DNA of 64,000 nucleotides from Chiloscyllium plagiosum (Eukaryota). Location: positions 1,828,418 to 1,892,417 of the forward strand of contig NC_057720.1 in assembly GCF_004010195.1 (NCBI RefSeq), given 5' to 3'. The position numbers and the translations under genes were made by a program. This document shows positions 38,600-53,360 of the stretch, one piece after another. The notes under the pieces are model-generated. The model saw only the letters and a list, made by a program, of their open reading frames with translations. It did no database searches and was not told where the DNA came from. Positions within the stretch are counted from its first letter, which is position 1, and every line of letters begins with the position of its first letter.

Positions 38600-40897
38600 C
38601 TAAAGTATGGAGAGAGAGAGAGAAACAGAAGGTACAGTCAAAGCAGCAACAACACAGGATCAGACAATGCCATTATCCCCAGCAACCTCCTCTGCCATTC
38701 TATTAGATCACAGCTGATTACTCACCTAACCCTACTTACTCCCATCTTTGCTCTATATTTTTCAGTAATCGTAACCAATAAAAATCTGTTGATCTCACAG
38801 GGGCAAGAGTAATCTATTTGATAGCTTCAGCATGTTCCGTTGTCCAATGAGATCATTATTGATCCGTGACTGAACTCTATTTAACTCCAGGTAAACTCGA
38901 GTCTTCTTATCCATCCACCCTTTACTGGTCCCAGCATCTGTAATCCCCAATCACAACAAATATCTGGAAAATACAACAACAATGGGTGCTGGAAATCTGA
39001 AACTGAAATTGCTGGAAAAAACTCAGCAGTTCTGGCAGCATTTGTGAAGATAGAAACTGAGTTAACATTTCTGTTTCCAAACCTCTGATTCTCTCTACAG
39101 ATGCTGCCAGACCTGCTGAATTTCTCCAGCAATTTCTGTTTTTGTTTGTTAAAAACCAATTTCAGGCTTGAAAGCCCAATTAACGCCCAATCAGAATACT
39201 GCGATGAGTAACTCACCTCTGACTACAGAGAGCTGTGAACACAGGTTAGTCCATCAGACACACCAACTTTCCATCCATTGGCTCCCTCTACACTTCCCCA
39301 AGCCTAAGGAAGGCAGCCAACATCTTCAAAGACCCCTCCCACCCCGGTTATCATCACATCACTGACAACTGAACTCCAGGCTCTGTACCAACCCACAGCA
39401 CACGGTGGGATCGGAGATATACCGAGGGTGAAGTTCCAGAAGGTGAGTTTATAGGTTATGCTTATTTGGGAGTCACATGAAATAACATTCATCAAAGGGC
39501 GACTATTTCCACCTTAATAACAGCAGCTGGTGCCTCTCCTGTCTCAGCATGCCCTTGTTTTAGTCAGGGTACAGATGGCACTGTGACCATGTCAATGGAT
39601 GAGTAACCAGAACCCAATCATGTTCTAGGACATGAATCCTGCCATGGTAGCTGGTGACATACAAGTTCAATCACATCTGGAATTAACAGAAAAACGAGTC
39701 TAAAGGTAACCGTGAAATTATTATTGCCACACAAACCTATCACAATCACTCATGTCCTTTGTGGAAAGAAATCTGCTGACCTTACCTGGTCTGGCCTACA
39801 TGTGACTCCAGACCCACAGCAACCTGGTTGACTCTGAACAGTCCCTGCAATAAATGCTGTCCTAGCCAGTGACACGCACAAAACAAAACTATTTCCAAGA
39901 GGGTGGTGTTCCCATGTATCTGCTATCTTTGTCCTTCTAGATGGAAGTGATTTTGGGTTTGAAGGTGTTATCTGAGCATCTTTGGTGAATTTCTGCAGTG
40001 CATCTTATAGTTAATACACTGCTGCTGCTGAGCATTAGTGGTGGAGGGAGTAGATGTTTGTTTTGTGATTAGAGCGGTGCTGGAAAAGCACAGCAGGTCA
40101 AGCAGCATCCGAGGAGCAGGAAAATCGATGTTTCAGGCAGGAGCACTTCATCTTTCACCTTGTAGATGGTGCACAGGTTTGGAGAGTCAGGAGGTAAGTT
40201 ACTCATCGCAGTATTCCAAACCTCTGACATGCTTTTGTAGTCACAGAGTTTATGTGGTGAGTTCAGTTCAGCTTCTGGTCAATGATAACCCCCAGGATAT
40301 CAATAGTGGAGGATTCAGTGATGGTAATGGCATTCAGTGATAAGGGCTGGTGATTAGGTTGTCTCTTGTTGGAGACAGACATTGCCTGGGTGTTCTGCGT
40401 TGCGAACATAAATTGCCACTTTTGAGCCGAAACATGGATTTGCTGCTGATGCCTGGTTCGGGAAACACCAGGACCTCAGTGTTCCACTTCCAGCCAGTCT
40501 CCCACCTTCAGCCTCCCAACTATTTCCCCCTCCCTACTCCCCCCATGACCTTGAGGGGGAATAGCTGCTGGTATCTGACCTTGCATCAGCTTGAATTGCC
40601 CTACTCTGACTGACCCGCACTGGCTTCCAGGCATGAGCGTGCCCTTTGCTCTGTAACTTCCCTTACATTGCTGGGAGACCCTGCACCTCTCTAATGTTGG
40701 ACACTATACCCAATGCTGCTGAATGAGACTAATTGACGTTCCCCCACCAACAGTCCTGAACCATCAGCTCCCAGTTCACTCCCTAAACCTCTCCACCTCT
40801 GATCTCACTTCCTGTCTTTAAAATAAAAGACCTGCCTCTTTGATGAAGCACCTGGTCACCTGACCTAACATTCCCTCATATGACACTATGTCACACT

Positions 40898-41167
40898 TAG
40901 AATCACAGAATCCGTGATGAAGCAGGCCAATCAGCCCACTGAGTCTACACTGACCTCCCAAAGAGCATGCCACCCAGACCCAGCCCATTACCCTGTATGT
41001 CCCACAGCCAATCCACCTAACCCACTCATCTTTGGATTGTCAAGGAAACTCACGCAGACACGGGGAGAATGTGCAAACTCCACACAGACAGTCACCCGAG
41101 GCTGGAATTGAACCCAGGTTACTGGTACTGTGAGGCAGCAGCACTAACCACTGAGCCACCGCACCAC
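40898..41167 (-). mobile_element. HE1-type SINE
   Basis: A/B boxes and family body on the reverse strand. Confidence 0.8.
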
Positions 41168-42614
41168 TTCATTTTGAAATGCCCCCAGGAGGTACTCTCG
41201 GACATTTATTTTTATACTCAGGGTGCAACATAAATGTAATTGTTGTAGCGCTTTCTTCTGACACATTTTCTTTCTTTGTTAAAAGATGAGCTGCATTTTT
41301 AACACTGATTTCTACAAATCATCAGAATTCCCAAATGATAAACAAGCTGAAAGGCTCTGTCAGAGAGAAATCAATAACAGCTTTGATAGGGTCATTACAG
41401 ATGACACGCTTTTAGATCACAGTAAAACTCCTCTGATTAACCAGCACCAACTCAACAAATCTTAGCTCCTCAATTTCAAATAAACTGATCCTTTGTAAGG
41501 CACAGTTTAAGAAATGCCTGTTTTTCAATCTCCCGCCAACCCTGCAGGTTCCTATTTTGTGTAAATTCCAGGCTGACATTTGGTCAAGGCACACTCCCTC
41601 TCACAGACAGCAATATTTCAATGCTGTGTCCTTGTTAGATCAACAACAATTTGCATTTCTGTAGCACCTTTCATGTTGCACCTTTTTTAGACCAATAACA
41701 GCTTGCATTTCTGTAGCATCTTCAGCCCCAAGGTACATCCCAGGAGGACGATCCCATCTTATTTGTGCTGCAGAGAGACTGGGAGAAGTGGGGCTGGATT
41801 TAATACAGCCTCGCAGAATGGGAATGGAATAGGGCCGGTGTCAACTTATTGCTGGAGAGGTTCTGTGTCAGTTCCTGGGAGTGAGAAGCCCACTCTCTGA
41901 GTGAACCGGATGTTGGAGGGGGCTGCTGTCAGCAGAGTGTCAATCAGACTCATACACCAGTACATTGACACAGATTAGACCAACAGATGTTGGTTCTAAT
42001 ATCCTTCCTTCCCACACCCCTCACCCCTAGTGACCATCCCCTCTCCCGGGATCTCTGTTCCACCCTCAGTCACCTTTGACCTGGATCCCCTGGGCCTCAG
42101 GTGGGTATAGTGCCACTGGCAGAGGTGGCAATGATAAACTGATGACCTCTGCCTGGCAGCTTCCCTGGGCAGGTAGGACATGTATCACCGGAAGAGACAC
42201 TAACCTCCCTCACAGAACCAATAGGAGTTAGCCATGGTTTCTCCAAAATGTAGATGAACCAATCAGGAGCCTAGCAATATCCTGACAAAAAAAGAATTAC
42301 AATATAAAGGGAGGCCATTGGACTGGTCAAAAAAGGAGCAATCAATTTTAATCTCATTTCTGAACTCTTCATCTGTTTTCCTGCAAATCCCACAGTTTCC
42401 TGGGAAAGTCAAGCACTTTCACAAAGTGGTGAGGCTTTCTGCCTTTACCAGCCTCTCAGACAGTGATTGCAAATCCTTAGGTGTGTAAAGTTGCCAAAAT
42501 GTGTGATAACCCAAAGGATTGGGAACTGTTTAGAATACAGCAAAGGGAGATTGAAAGGACTGTAGTGAGTTCAACACAAGGATAACAATCTTACAATCAT
42601 GGAGTTAAAAGCAG

Positions 42615-43240
42615 AACATAGAATATTGAACAGTACAGGACAGAAATAGGCCTTTTGGCCCATCATGTGCTGACCAAGATGCAAATATAAACTAGTTCCA
42701 TCTGCCTGCATGTGTTCCATGTCCCTCTATCCTCTGCCTGTTTATGTGTCTGTCTAAAAGCCTCTGAAACATTTCTATCATGTCTGCTTCTCCCACCTCT
42801 CCTCGCAGCACCTTCCAGGCACGTACGGCCTCTTGTGTCAAACACTTTCCTCGTACATCTCCTTTAAACTATTCCCCCAACGCCTCTACACTCTCTGGTA
42901 GTTGACATTTCCACCCTGGGAAAGAGACTCTAACTATCCACCCTATCCTTGCCTCTCATTATTTTCGACACTTCTATCAGCCCGCCCCTCAGCCTCTGAC
43001 GCTCAAGTGAAAACAATCCAAGCTGTTCCAATCTCTCCGTCTAGCTAATACACTCCAATCCAGGTAGTGTCTTTGGTAAACCTCTTTTGCAGCCTCTCTG
43101 AAGCCTCCATATACTCCCTATAGTTTGGGGACCCGAACTGCACACAATCCTCCAGTTGTGGCCTAACCAATGTCTTAGACAGCTGCAATGTGACATGCCA
43201 ACTTTTGTACTCAGTGCCCTGACCGATGAAGGCAAGCGTG
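42615..43240 (-). mobile_element. CR1 LINE 3' fragment, degenerate
   Basis: Reverse-strand similarity to the other CR1 ORF2 ends and tails in the window. Confidence 0.7.
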
Positions 43241-44274
43241 GTTCAATAAGGTCACCTCTCACTCTTCTAAACTCCAATGAGTACAGGCTCAACCTACTCA
43301 CTATCTCCTCACAAGAGAGTCACTCCATACCCAGGATCAGCCAAGTGAACCTTCACTGGACTGCCTCCAATGCTGGTATAACAAAGCTCTGAGACACATT
43401 GCTGTTAGTCTGGAGCCACGTGTAGACCAGGTAAGAACAGCAGATACCCTTCCTTAAAGGATATTCATGAACCTGGGCTGGGCTTTTACAACAACTTTTG
43501 ATAGTTTCAACACCATAACCGAGATTGGTTTTAGATTCCAAATTTAAAATTTTAATCCCACCAGCTGTCTTGGTCAGAACATTAACTTGGGGCCAAGGAA
43601 ATACTGGACCAGTAATTGACCATAAAGTCACAATCAGCTGCTGAAATATACGAAAAAGCTGTCAACATTTATTATATTTCATATTTAAAGACTGACTGAG
43701 AAGATCATACAACAGTATTGCATGATAATATCAGACATTATTAAGCAGCTTAATAGTGAAAGCATATTATTAAAAACTAAATTATTCTGCTGGAATGTGT
43801 TGAAGATTATTGAAGTGAATCAGTTATATTTGTGTGTGTGAAAACATGGACTAATCCTTAATGGATTTTACGACAATCATTTACTTGTGCTATAGAATCC
43901 AGCAACTTTTAATTCGACTTGTGGTTCTGATGAAATCATATATTGATTAAATGAGAAATGGAGCTGGTCAATAACATGCCTGCAGGACCGATACATTGGA
44001 ACACATATTTCACACATCACTCCAATGCAAATTAACAACAAGGGACTGACAATATGGGAAGTCAGAGGTTGCTGAAGACTGACCAATGAACAGGTACAAA
44101 CTGAAATAAGTGAAATAATAAACAAATAGTTTCCAGCTAGGGGAAGGGGTTTTGGAAGATTCATGGGGATCAGAATCACACAGGGGTCAGCAAAGCAGCA
44201 AAATAATACACATACACTCGAGCGCAACTGTACATCCTCAAGGCAAGAATTCTGTGTCGGGAAGTTTCAAAGTT

Positions 44275-45730
44275 TCAGTACTGTCAGAGAGTCAGTACTG
44301 AGGGACTGCCACACTGTCAGAGGGTCAGCACTGAGGGAATGGCGCACTGTCAGTGGGTCAGTACTTAGGGAGTGCTGCACTGTCAGAGGGTCAGTACTGA
44401 GGGAGTGCCGCATTGTCAGAAGGTCAGTATTGCAGGAATGCCGCATTGTCAGAGGGTCAGTGCTGAGGGAATGTCGCACTGTCGGAGTGTCAGTACCGAG
44501 GGAGTGTCACACTGTCAGAGGGTCAGTACTGAGGTAGTGCCACACTGTCAGAGAGTCAGTACTGAGAGAGTGCCGCACTGTCAGAGGGTCAGTACTGAGG
44601 GAGTGCAGCACTGTCAGAGGGTCAGTGCTGAGGGAGTGCCGCACTGTCAGAGGGTCAGTGCTGAGGGAGTGCTGCACTGTCAGAGGGTCAGTACTGAGGG
44701 AGTGCTGCATTGTCAGAGGAGCAGTGCTGAGGGAGTGCCGCACTGTCAGAGGGTCAGTACTGAGGGAGTGCTGCACCTGTCAGAGGGTCATCACTGAGGG
44801 ACTGCCACACTGTCAGAGGGTCAGTGCTGAGGGACTGCCACACTGTCAGAGGGTCAGCACTGAGGGAATGCCGCACTGTCAGAGAGTCAGTACTGAGGGA
44901 CTGCCACACTGTCAGAGGGTCAGCACTGAGGGAAGGCCACACTGTCAGAGGGTCAGTACTGAGGGAGTGCTGCCCTGTTAGAGAGTCAGTACTGAGGGAG
45001 TGCCGCACTGTCAGAGGGTCAGTACTTAGGGAGGGTCGCACTGTCAGAGGGTCATCACTGAGGGAGTGTCGCACTGTCAGAGGGTCAGTACTGAGGGAGT
45101 GCCACACTGTCAGAGGGTCAGTACTTAGAGAGTGCCGCACTCTCAGAGGGTCAGTAATGAGGGAGTGCTACCCTGTCAGAGGGTCAATACTGAGGGAATG
45201 CCGCACTGTTAGAGAGTCAGTACTGAGGGAGTGCCGCACTGTCAGAGGGTCAGTGCTGAGGGAGGGCCGCACTGTCAGAGGGTCAGTACTGAGGGAGTGC
45301 CACACTGTCAGAGGGTCAGCACTGAGGGAATGCCGCACTGTCAGAGAGTCAGTACTGAGGGACTGCCACACTGTCAGTGGGTCAGTACTTAGGGAGTGCC
45401 GCACTGTCAGAAGGTCAGTATTGCAGGACTGCCGCACTGTCAGAGGGTCAGTGCTGAGGGAATGTCGCACTGTCGGAGTGTCAGTACCGAGGGAGTGTCG
45501 CACTGTCAGAGGGTCAGTACTGAGGTAGTGCCGCACTGTCAGAGAGTCAGTACTGAGGGAGTGCTGCATTGTCAGAGGGGCAGTGCTGAGGGAGTGCTGC
45601 ACTGTCAGAGGATCAGTACTGAGGGAGTGCTGCACTGTCAGAGGGTCAGTACTAAGGGAGTGCTGCACTGTCAGAGGGTCAATACTGAGGGAGAGCAACA
45701 CTGTTGGAGGGTCAGTATTGAGGGTGCTGG
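44275..45730 (+). repeat. 33-bp minisatellite array 3
   Basis: Same unit and orientation as array 1. Confidence 0.97.
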
Positions 45731-45944
45731 AGTGTCATCATTGTTAAATGGGGTTCTTGACCTGCTTGATGAGTTGGTAATTTTTTAAACTTTCCAGCTC
45801 AATGAGGAAGTCAACAGACTCATCCACAACCTGAGCTACAAGTCTTCTCAAAAACTTCGAACATCATTGAATCATAGAATCATACAATACAGCCAAGTCT
45901 GTACCACCAGAAGTATACTCCTACCTACACCTTCCTGCCATGTG

Positions 45945-46465
45945 TCACATCATGTTGCAGCTGTACAGGACATTGCTTAGGCCACTTTTAGAATACTGTG
46001 TTCAATTCTGGTCTCCCCACCATTGGAAAGACATTGTGAAACTTGAAAGGGTTTAGAAAAGATTTATAAGCATGTTGCCAGAACTGGAGGATTTGAGCTA
46101 CAGGGAGAGAGAGGCTGAATAGGCTGGGGCTATTTTCCCTGGACTGCTGGAGGCTGAGTGGTGACCTTTTTTCCCGGGATGGCATAGGTTTAAGGTGAGA
46201 GGGAAAAGATTTAGAAAGGACTGGAGTGGTAACTTTTTCACAGAGGGTGGTGCTTGTATGGAATGATCAGTCAGAGGAAGTCGTGGAGGCTGGTACAATT
46301 TGCACATTTAAAAGACATCTGGGTGGGTATATGAATAGGAAGGGTTCAGAGGGATATGGGCCAAATGCTGGCAAATGGGACTAGATTCATTTAGGAAACT
46401 TGGTTGGTGCAGATGAGTTGGAACAAGTGTTTCCGTGCTGTACATCTCTATGATTCAATGACTCG
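45945..46465 (+). mobile_element. CR1 LINE 3' fragment
   Basis: Closely resembles 26340-26770 plus the 3' UTR seen at 1-148. Confidence 0.8.
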
Positions 46466-47800
46466 AGACCTATAGCCTTGAATGTTATGACATCACAAGT
46501 GCCCATCTGAGTATGTTAAGAGGTTGTGAGGTTTCCCACCTAAACTGCCCTCCCAGACAGTACCTTCCAGACCCCCACCACCCTTGGGGTGAAAACATGT
46601 TTCCTCAAATCCCCTCTGAACCTTTCATTATCTCATCATGGTCCTTCATTACTGACCCTTCAACCAAGGGGAACTGCTGCTCCCTATCCACCCTGTCCAT
46701 GCCCCTCATAATCTTACACACAGTTCCCCCTCCTCAGTCTTCTCTGCTCTTAGGTGAACAAGCCAAGCCTTTGTAGTCTCTTCATACCTGAACCATTCCA
46801 GTCCCAGTAATATCCAGGTGAGTCTTTCCTCCACCCTCTCAAATCTAACCACTTCCTTCCTTTAGTATCGGTGATTAGAACTGCACACAGTACTGTTGCT
46901 GTGGCCTAACTAACCACCATGACATACTGCTCCAACATAACCTCCCTCCTCTTGTTTTAAACACCTTGACTAATAAAGGCAAGTCCCCTAGATGCCTTGT
47001 CCATCTTACTGACGTGTCTACACATCTACATAAAGAATCACCTTGACTCAAAACACTAGCTTGCTCTCACTCCATGGATGTTGTCTGACCTGCTGTGATC
47101 TCCAGCATTTGCTGTTTTCAGTACAGATTCCAGCATCAGTGGTGCTGTTCCTACTCCATTACCTTGTTGGTTCTAGCTCACCCTGGCCTGAAAAGGAATT
47201 CAAGGTATTTCAGGGAACCAGTCTGCTCAGCAGGAGGCTGTGGTTTAAGCTGCTTCCAAACCAGGACAGCTTGGTTTGAATACTGCAACATATTCGAACT
47301 GAGAGTGTTCATGGTTCTCAGAACTGTGGAAGTTCATGTTGGCAAACTTGTAAAGTCATTACATTGTCTGCACAGTCTACTGCAAAGAAACTGTTCAGAG
47401 TCAATCAAATAGAATGCTGAAGTGTTGAGCTGGGGGTGTAATTTCCCTGGATTGGAGTCTCTGCAGCAGATAATATTGGAGAACACAGACAGCAGAGAAG
47501 GCTGAGGGGAGAGTCTGATCAAGGAGTATAAAGTTCTGAAGGATGTAGACAAGGCAGATTGGGAGATTTTTTTCCCCATAGTTGTGGGATTAGTACAGTT
47601 TAAGGGAAGGAGCAGGAAGTTTATAGGGAATCTGAGGAAAAGGCTTTTCATCAAGATGGTGGTGGGAAGCTGGAACTCACTGCTGGAAAGGGTGGAAGAG
47701 ATGGAAACCCACGCAACATTTGAAGAATTATTTAAATGATCATTTGAACTTCCGAAGCAATCAAGGCTACAGGCCGCTCTTGTGCTGCAGTGGTACTGTC

Positions 47801-48029
47801 TAGATTAGAGTGGTGCTGGAAAAGCACAGCAGGTCAGGCAGCATCCAAGGAGCAGGAAAGGGGTGGGGATGAAAGTGATAGGTCGGAGAGGAGGGTGGAG
47901 CGGATAGGTGGGAAGGAAGTTTGGCAGGTGTGGCTGTGGTAGCGAGTCTGTTTCAGGACATGGTTGAAGAGCTTCAGGACAGAGGAGATGACCTTGGGGT
48001 TGCAGTGAGAGAGAGACTCACTGAGATTC
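47801..48029 (-). mobile_element. PLE-derived insert with a TSD of about 16 bp
   Basis: CTGCAGTGGTA(C/G)TGTC occurs at 47785-47800 and 48030-48045, and the insert carries the family terminal sequence. Confidence 0.65.
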
Positions 48030-50914
48030 CTGCAGTGGTAGTGTCCCTACCTCTCAGATAGAGGGCCTAGGTTCAATACCCAGCTGCTCCTGAAATGAGT
48101 TATAACAATCTGAGTAGGATGTTCAGAATATCTTCATCAATAGCACGGATGCTAAGGGTGCCTATGGTACAGTGGTAATTTCTCTAACTCTGAACCAGAA
48201 GGCCCACGTTCAAGACCCACCTGAGAGGTGTACAGTAACATCTCTGAATGGGTTAATTTGAAAATATTGACAAGGCCATGAGGCACTTGCTGGAAAATGG
48301 ACTGCAAACAGCGAGGCTCACCTCCCCTGAAAGAATAAAGTGGCTGGAAAGATCTCTGAAAATGTTTGGAGCAGTGTCACGGGATCATTCTCCAGGTGGA
48401 AGGCCCTTACTTACTAGCACTGCCCGAAAAGATGGGCAAGACAGAAACCCTCAGATACTTGGTCTTGGATCATGACTAATGGACCATGGGTTGATAAGTG
48501 GGATAGACTGACTGACCCTTTCTTGGCCAGAATGAGCTGAATGGCTCCCTCTGTGCAACGCATTCCTTTGAATGTGAGATTGTAATTGCTAAATCCCAGA
48601 AACATTAGAGGAAATTCTTTCTCAGCCACTGCGGATCTCGCTACGAGAGGGAATGGTTAAAGGAGGTCGCTCAAATGGGACTGCTTGATGTGGAGAGATT
48701 GAGTATGTCGGGCCTATAGTCATTAGAGTTCAAAAGAATGAGAGGTGACCTTATTGAAACACATAAATTCATTGGAAACTTGACAGGGTCGATGTGGAGA
48801 GGTTGTTTCCCATTATGGGGCCAGAGGGAATTTCTTGATTCATTGAAGGGATGAGGGTGTCGCTGGCTGGATCAGCATTTATTGCCAGAGGGCAGGTAAA
48901 TGTCAACCACATCGGTGTTGGTCTGGAGTCACATTGTAGGTCAGATCAGGTTTCCTTCCCTAAAGGACATTAGTGAACCAGATGGATTTTCCCCATGACA
49001 CTTGACAATGGATTACTAGTCAACACTGGCCTCTTAATTCACGATTTTTTATTGAATTCAAAGTCCACTATCAGCCTTGGTGAGATTCAAATCTGGGCCA
49101 CCAGCAACATTACCCGGGTCTCTGGATTAACAGTCCCGTGGTAATACCGTTAGAACCACTCCTCCTCAAATAATCTCACAATATGGAGTCACACATTTAA
49201 GACTGAGTTGAGGAGGAATTTCTCTCAGAGGCTAGTCAATCTGTGGAATCCTTTATCTCAGAGGACAGACCAGGCTGGGTCACTAATTACATTCAAGGCT
49301 CAGACAGATTTTTAAACTGTCGGGAAACAAGGGTTATGGGAAAAAGGCAGGAAAATGTAGGATTACCAAATCAGTCATGACCTCATTGAATGGATACAGT
49401 AGACTCAATGGGCTGAATGGCCTACTTCCTGTGTCTTAAGGTCTTGTTATAGTCAGAATTGCTTTGTCATTCAATGTATTTTTCTGCTCACCAGTATACA
49501 CACTGGGTAAACAGGAATGACATTGAACAGTAATGTGTCTATTAGATCCTATCACTTTGTCCCTGAGAAGCAAATAAAACATTCCAGTTTAAACTGGGTC
49601 AGTCATTGAGAGTCGCGGAGTAGGTGCAGAGAGCATGAGGTAAGTGAGAGGTAATTTTTCACAATAAACCTCAATGAACAAACAGCTCTGTAATGCCAAA
49701 TAATTGAGTCTTTCTGTTTATGATGACTGAGGAGACACTGATTGGAAAACTGAATAAATACATGAGGAAAGATTTATTTCAGCACAGTTTCCTATGATCT
49801 GGATAGCAGTGCCTTAAAGGGCAATGGAACCAGATTCAATTATAACTCAGAAGGGAACTGAGAAATCCTGGAAAGGCTAGGTGGGTGGTGATTTCACAAG
49901 AATATGGGAACTTGAAGTAAATTGGGATTAATTCCAAAGCGCTTTCAAAAAGCCAGCACAGAAATAACAGACTAAATGGCCTCATTGTGTGCTGTGAAAG
50001 AATTTAATTCTATGAATATAACAGAAACACAATGCATTTCCTTTCAATTTCATGAGTTGGGCGCTAAGTGCAAGTTTAGTACCTGTTTCTATAAGACCAT
50101 AACAACGTCGAAGCAGAAATAGGCCATTCGGCCCATCGAGTCTACTCCTCTATTCAATGAGATTGTGGCTGATCAGATATTGCAGTCAATCACATCGCTG
50201 TGGGTCTGGAGTCACATGTAGGTCAGACCAGGTAAGGGTGGCAGATTTCCCTCCCAAAAGGACATTACCAGATTCAACAGCACAACTGCATATTCATTGA
50301 ATTCAAATTTTAGCTGCAGTGCTGGGTTTTAAACTCTTGTCGCTGAGTCACTGAATTGTTATAGCACAGCACAGAAGGAGGCCATTTGGCCCATCATGCC
50401 TACACTGATCGATTGCCCAATGCCGATCTGCTGCCTTTTTCCCATATCCTGGACACCATTTCCATAGAAATAATCATCCAATGGGCTTTCAATTGAACCT
50501 TCCTTCATCACATTTCCAGGCAGTGTATTCCACAGCCTAATTCATACTGTGTCCTGTCTCCAGAACATTAACCTGAGCCTCCAAAATATCCATCTAATGA
50601 CATCACCACAATGTGTGATCAGACTGGTTTACTCTTGGGGTTGTTGCCGGGGAGGTTGATGATGCTGATAACTTGCCAGCAGAATTTGAAGAGAGGGCTA
50701 AAACAATGGCTTCGGTTTTCCTGAGATTTAATCCGAGCAAAAGCCCTCTCCCTCAGGCAGCACGGAATGCTGCTTGTGACTAGATGGACAAGATGGGAGC
50801 AGCTGAGAGCTGGGAAACAGTGTCAGTGGTTACCGGAGGATGGTGTGTAGCCTGCACACCGGCCCAGAATGACAAGAATGCAAAGCTTATGTTTGTCACA
50901 GTCACATGGGGAAA

Positions 50915-52810
50915 TGTAAAGTTATAAACTGAAATAACTCCACCGAGGTTGTTATCCTGTCACCAAGTCACCCTTTAGTTACATGTGAATAGCAGCTGAC
51001 ACTGATCCAGCTCCCTCATAGCGTGAACAGAAACACTCCTGTTTATATCTGTCAGCCAGGGCTCCCTGTTTGGACCATGTTAACAGCCCCAGTCAGGGGA
51101 CTCAGTGTCTATGAAGGCCAGCGAGCTGACCTTGTTCTAATCACTACATCCCTCCCCCTCTCAGACCTGGGATGTAGACCAGTTCTTTATCCTATAGCTT
51201 CTCCTGGGTGTTTTCGAATAGGGTCCAATTACTCAGACTCTGCCTTGGATGGGGGAGGCGTGTACTAGACTGTAATCCGCCTATCTTTCCCGGAGTGTCT
51301 CGGCCAAAATTCATCTCCAGGCGGTGACGGCATCGAGGCTGCAACATCTGGCGTCTCCATCTTGGACCTGGAGGTTTCTTCGACATTAGGCCGAAGGGGA
51401 GAACCCATAGGTTCTGATGGCCTTGCTGGTGTTCAGAGGATCCAGGTATGTTTACACTGCCCCATTTGCAAGGTTTCAGCTTTCATCTGATCCACATGCT
51501 TTGTTCATCACCACCTTGCCTTCCTCACCTCGTATCGACCATGCCTTTTTCTGTCCAGGGTCATTTCTATGGTTTCAACATCAAACTTTATCCCCTGAAG
51601 TAAAGTGTCTCTCTCACTTACTGGAGTCTTGTATCCAGTATTGGTGTTCCTGATGCCATTTCACCCTCCCCCCAAGTTTAGCAAGATCAGGTTTGGGGTG
51701 GCATGGTGGCTCAGTGGTTAGCACTGCTGCCTCACAGCGCCAGGGACCCAGGTTCGCGCCAGGGACCCAGGTTCAATTCCCACCTCAGGCAACTGTCTGT
51801 GTGGAGTTTGCATATTCTCACTGTGTCTGTGTGGGTTTCCTCCCACAGTCCAAAGATATGCAGGTTGGGTGAATTGGCCATGCTAAATTGCATACAGTGT
51901 TAGGTGCATTAGTGAGGGGTGAATGTAGGGGAATGGGTCTGGGTGGGTTGCTCTTCGGCGGGTCGGTGTGGACTTATTAGGCCGAAGTGCCTGTTTCCAC
52001 ACTGTAGTGAATCTAATCTAATCTTAACCTGGTGTGGAGCCTTCTCCCCATTAGCAGCTCTGCTGGAGCTATACCCTTTAGTTACACGAGGGGTGATCCT
52101 ACAATCAAACAGGAACAGGGACTGTTTGGCATTGCGTGAAGCTGTAGGCTGTTTCTTTAAGCCCTCGAAGTCTGGACTGCTCTTTCCACCAGACCATTGG
52201 ACGATGGATGAAATGGAGCTGTCCAAATGTATTGAATGTCATTTGACTTTAGGAAATACTCAACTTCCCTGCTGGTAAATGATAGGCCATTATCTGTGAC
52301 CAACACTTCTGAAAGCTTGTATATTACAAAAGATGCTTCCAAACTTTCCAATCATCATCCTTGCGTTTGATGAAGGTACTCCGAACATGCCCAGCCACTT
52401 TGAGTGGGCGTCCACAATGACTAAAGCATTGAGCCTGTGAAATGACCAGCACAGTCGACATGTAACTGAGTCTAGGGTTTACCCACCCATTCCCAATACT
52501 GTGGGGGGGGTTGTTGGCGTAATTTTTGTCCTTATTAGCACTCTGAGCACTGTTCCACCCACACGGCTACATCAGTATCTAATTCTAATCACCAGAAATA
52601 ACATCATGAAGGCCAGTACCCTGTCACCAAGTGACCCTTCATTTACACTTGACACTGTCCCAGCTCCCTCAGAGTGAACAGAACCTCAGACACTCCTGTT
52701 TAAACACTGTCAGCCAGGACTCCCTGATAGGACCAGATTAACAGCCCCAATCAGGGAACTCATATTCTGAGAGCTCCAACTGGCTGACCTCATTCCAATC
52801 AGTCCAGTAA
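50915..52810 (-). mobile_element. Internally deleted Gypsy-type LTR retrotransposon
   Basis: Two similar direct segments (about 50950-51148 and 52618-52805). A polypurine tract at 51149-51160 precedes TGTAGTG on the minus strand. Integrase remnant: VTDNGLSFTSRE..TAPFHPSSNGLVERAVQT (52157-52351). Confidence 0.8.
51695..52024 (+). mobile_element. HE1-type tRNA-derived SINE inserted into the Gypsy element
   Basis: A box TGGCTCAGTGG, B box GGTTCAATTCC, HE1 body and (AATCT)n tail. GCGCCAGGGACCCAGGTTC is duplicated internally. Confidence 0.9.
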
Positions 52811-52928
52811 CGTTAACAAGGACTATTCCTGTACTAACCAGGTGTTCTTTGGATTACAGCTAAAGGCAATGTCAAAGAGACAGGTTTTAAGGAGGACAGA
52901 GCAGGAGAGAAGTGAAGAGATTTAGGAA

Positions 52929-53360
52929 TGGAATTCCAAAGCCCAGAGCCAGGATCTGAAGGGAATTCCAGAGCCTGGGACCAGGATCTGAAGGGAATTC
53001 CAAAGCCCAGAGCCAAGATCTGAAGGGAATTCCAGAGCCAGGATCTGAAAGGAATTCCAGGGCCCGGGACCAGGATCTGAAGGGAATTCCAGAGCTCAGG
53101 GCCAGGATCTGAAGGGAATTCCAAAGCTCAGAGCCAGGGAATTTCCCAGAGCCCAGGGCCAGGATCTGAAGGGAATTCCAAAGCCTAGAGCAAGGATCTG
53201 AAGGGAATTCCAAAGCTCAGAGCCAGGGAATTTCCCGGAGCCCAGGGCCAGGATCTGAAGGGAATTCCAAAGCCTAGAGCCAGGATCTGAAGGGAATTCC
53301 AGAACCCGGGGCCAGGATCTGAAGGGAATTCCCCGGAGCCCAGGGCAGGATTTGAAGGAA
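52929..53360 (+). repeat. Minisatellite of about 33 bp, unit GGAATTCCAAAGCCCAGAGCCAGGATCTGAAG
   Basis: Tandem units, most with GAATTC, plus some shorter variants. Confidence 0.95.

Noticed and set aside
51700..51785. tRNA gene (A and B boxes)
   Set aside because: This is a SINE head that continues into the HE1 body and tail, and it occurs in many copies.
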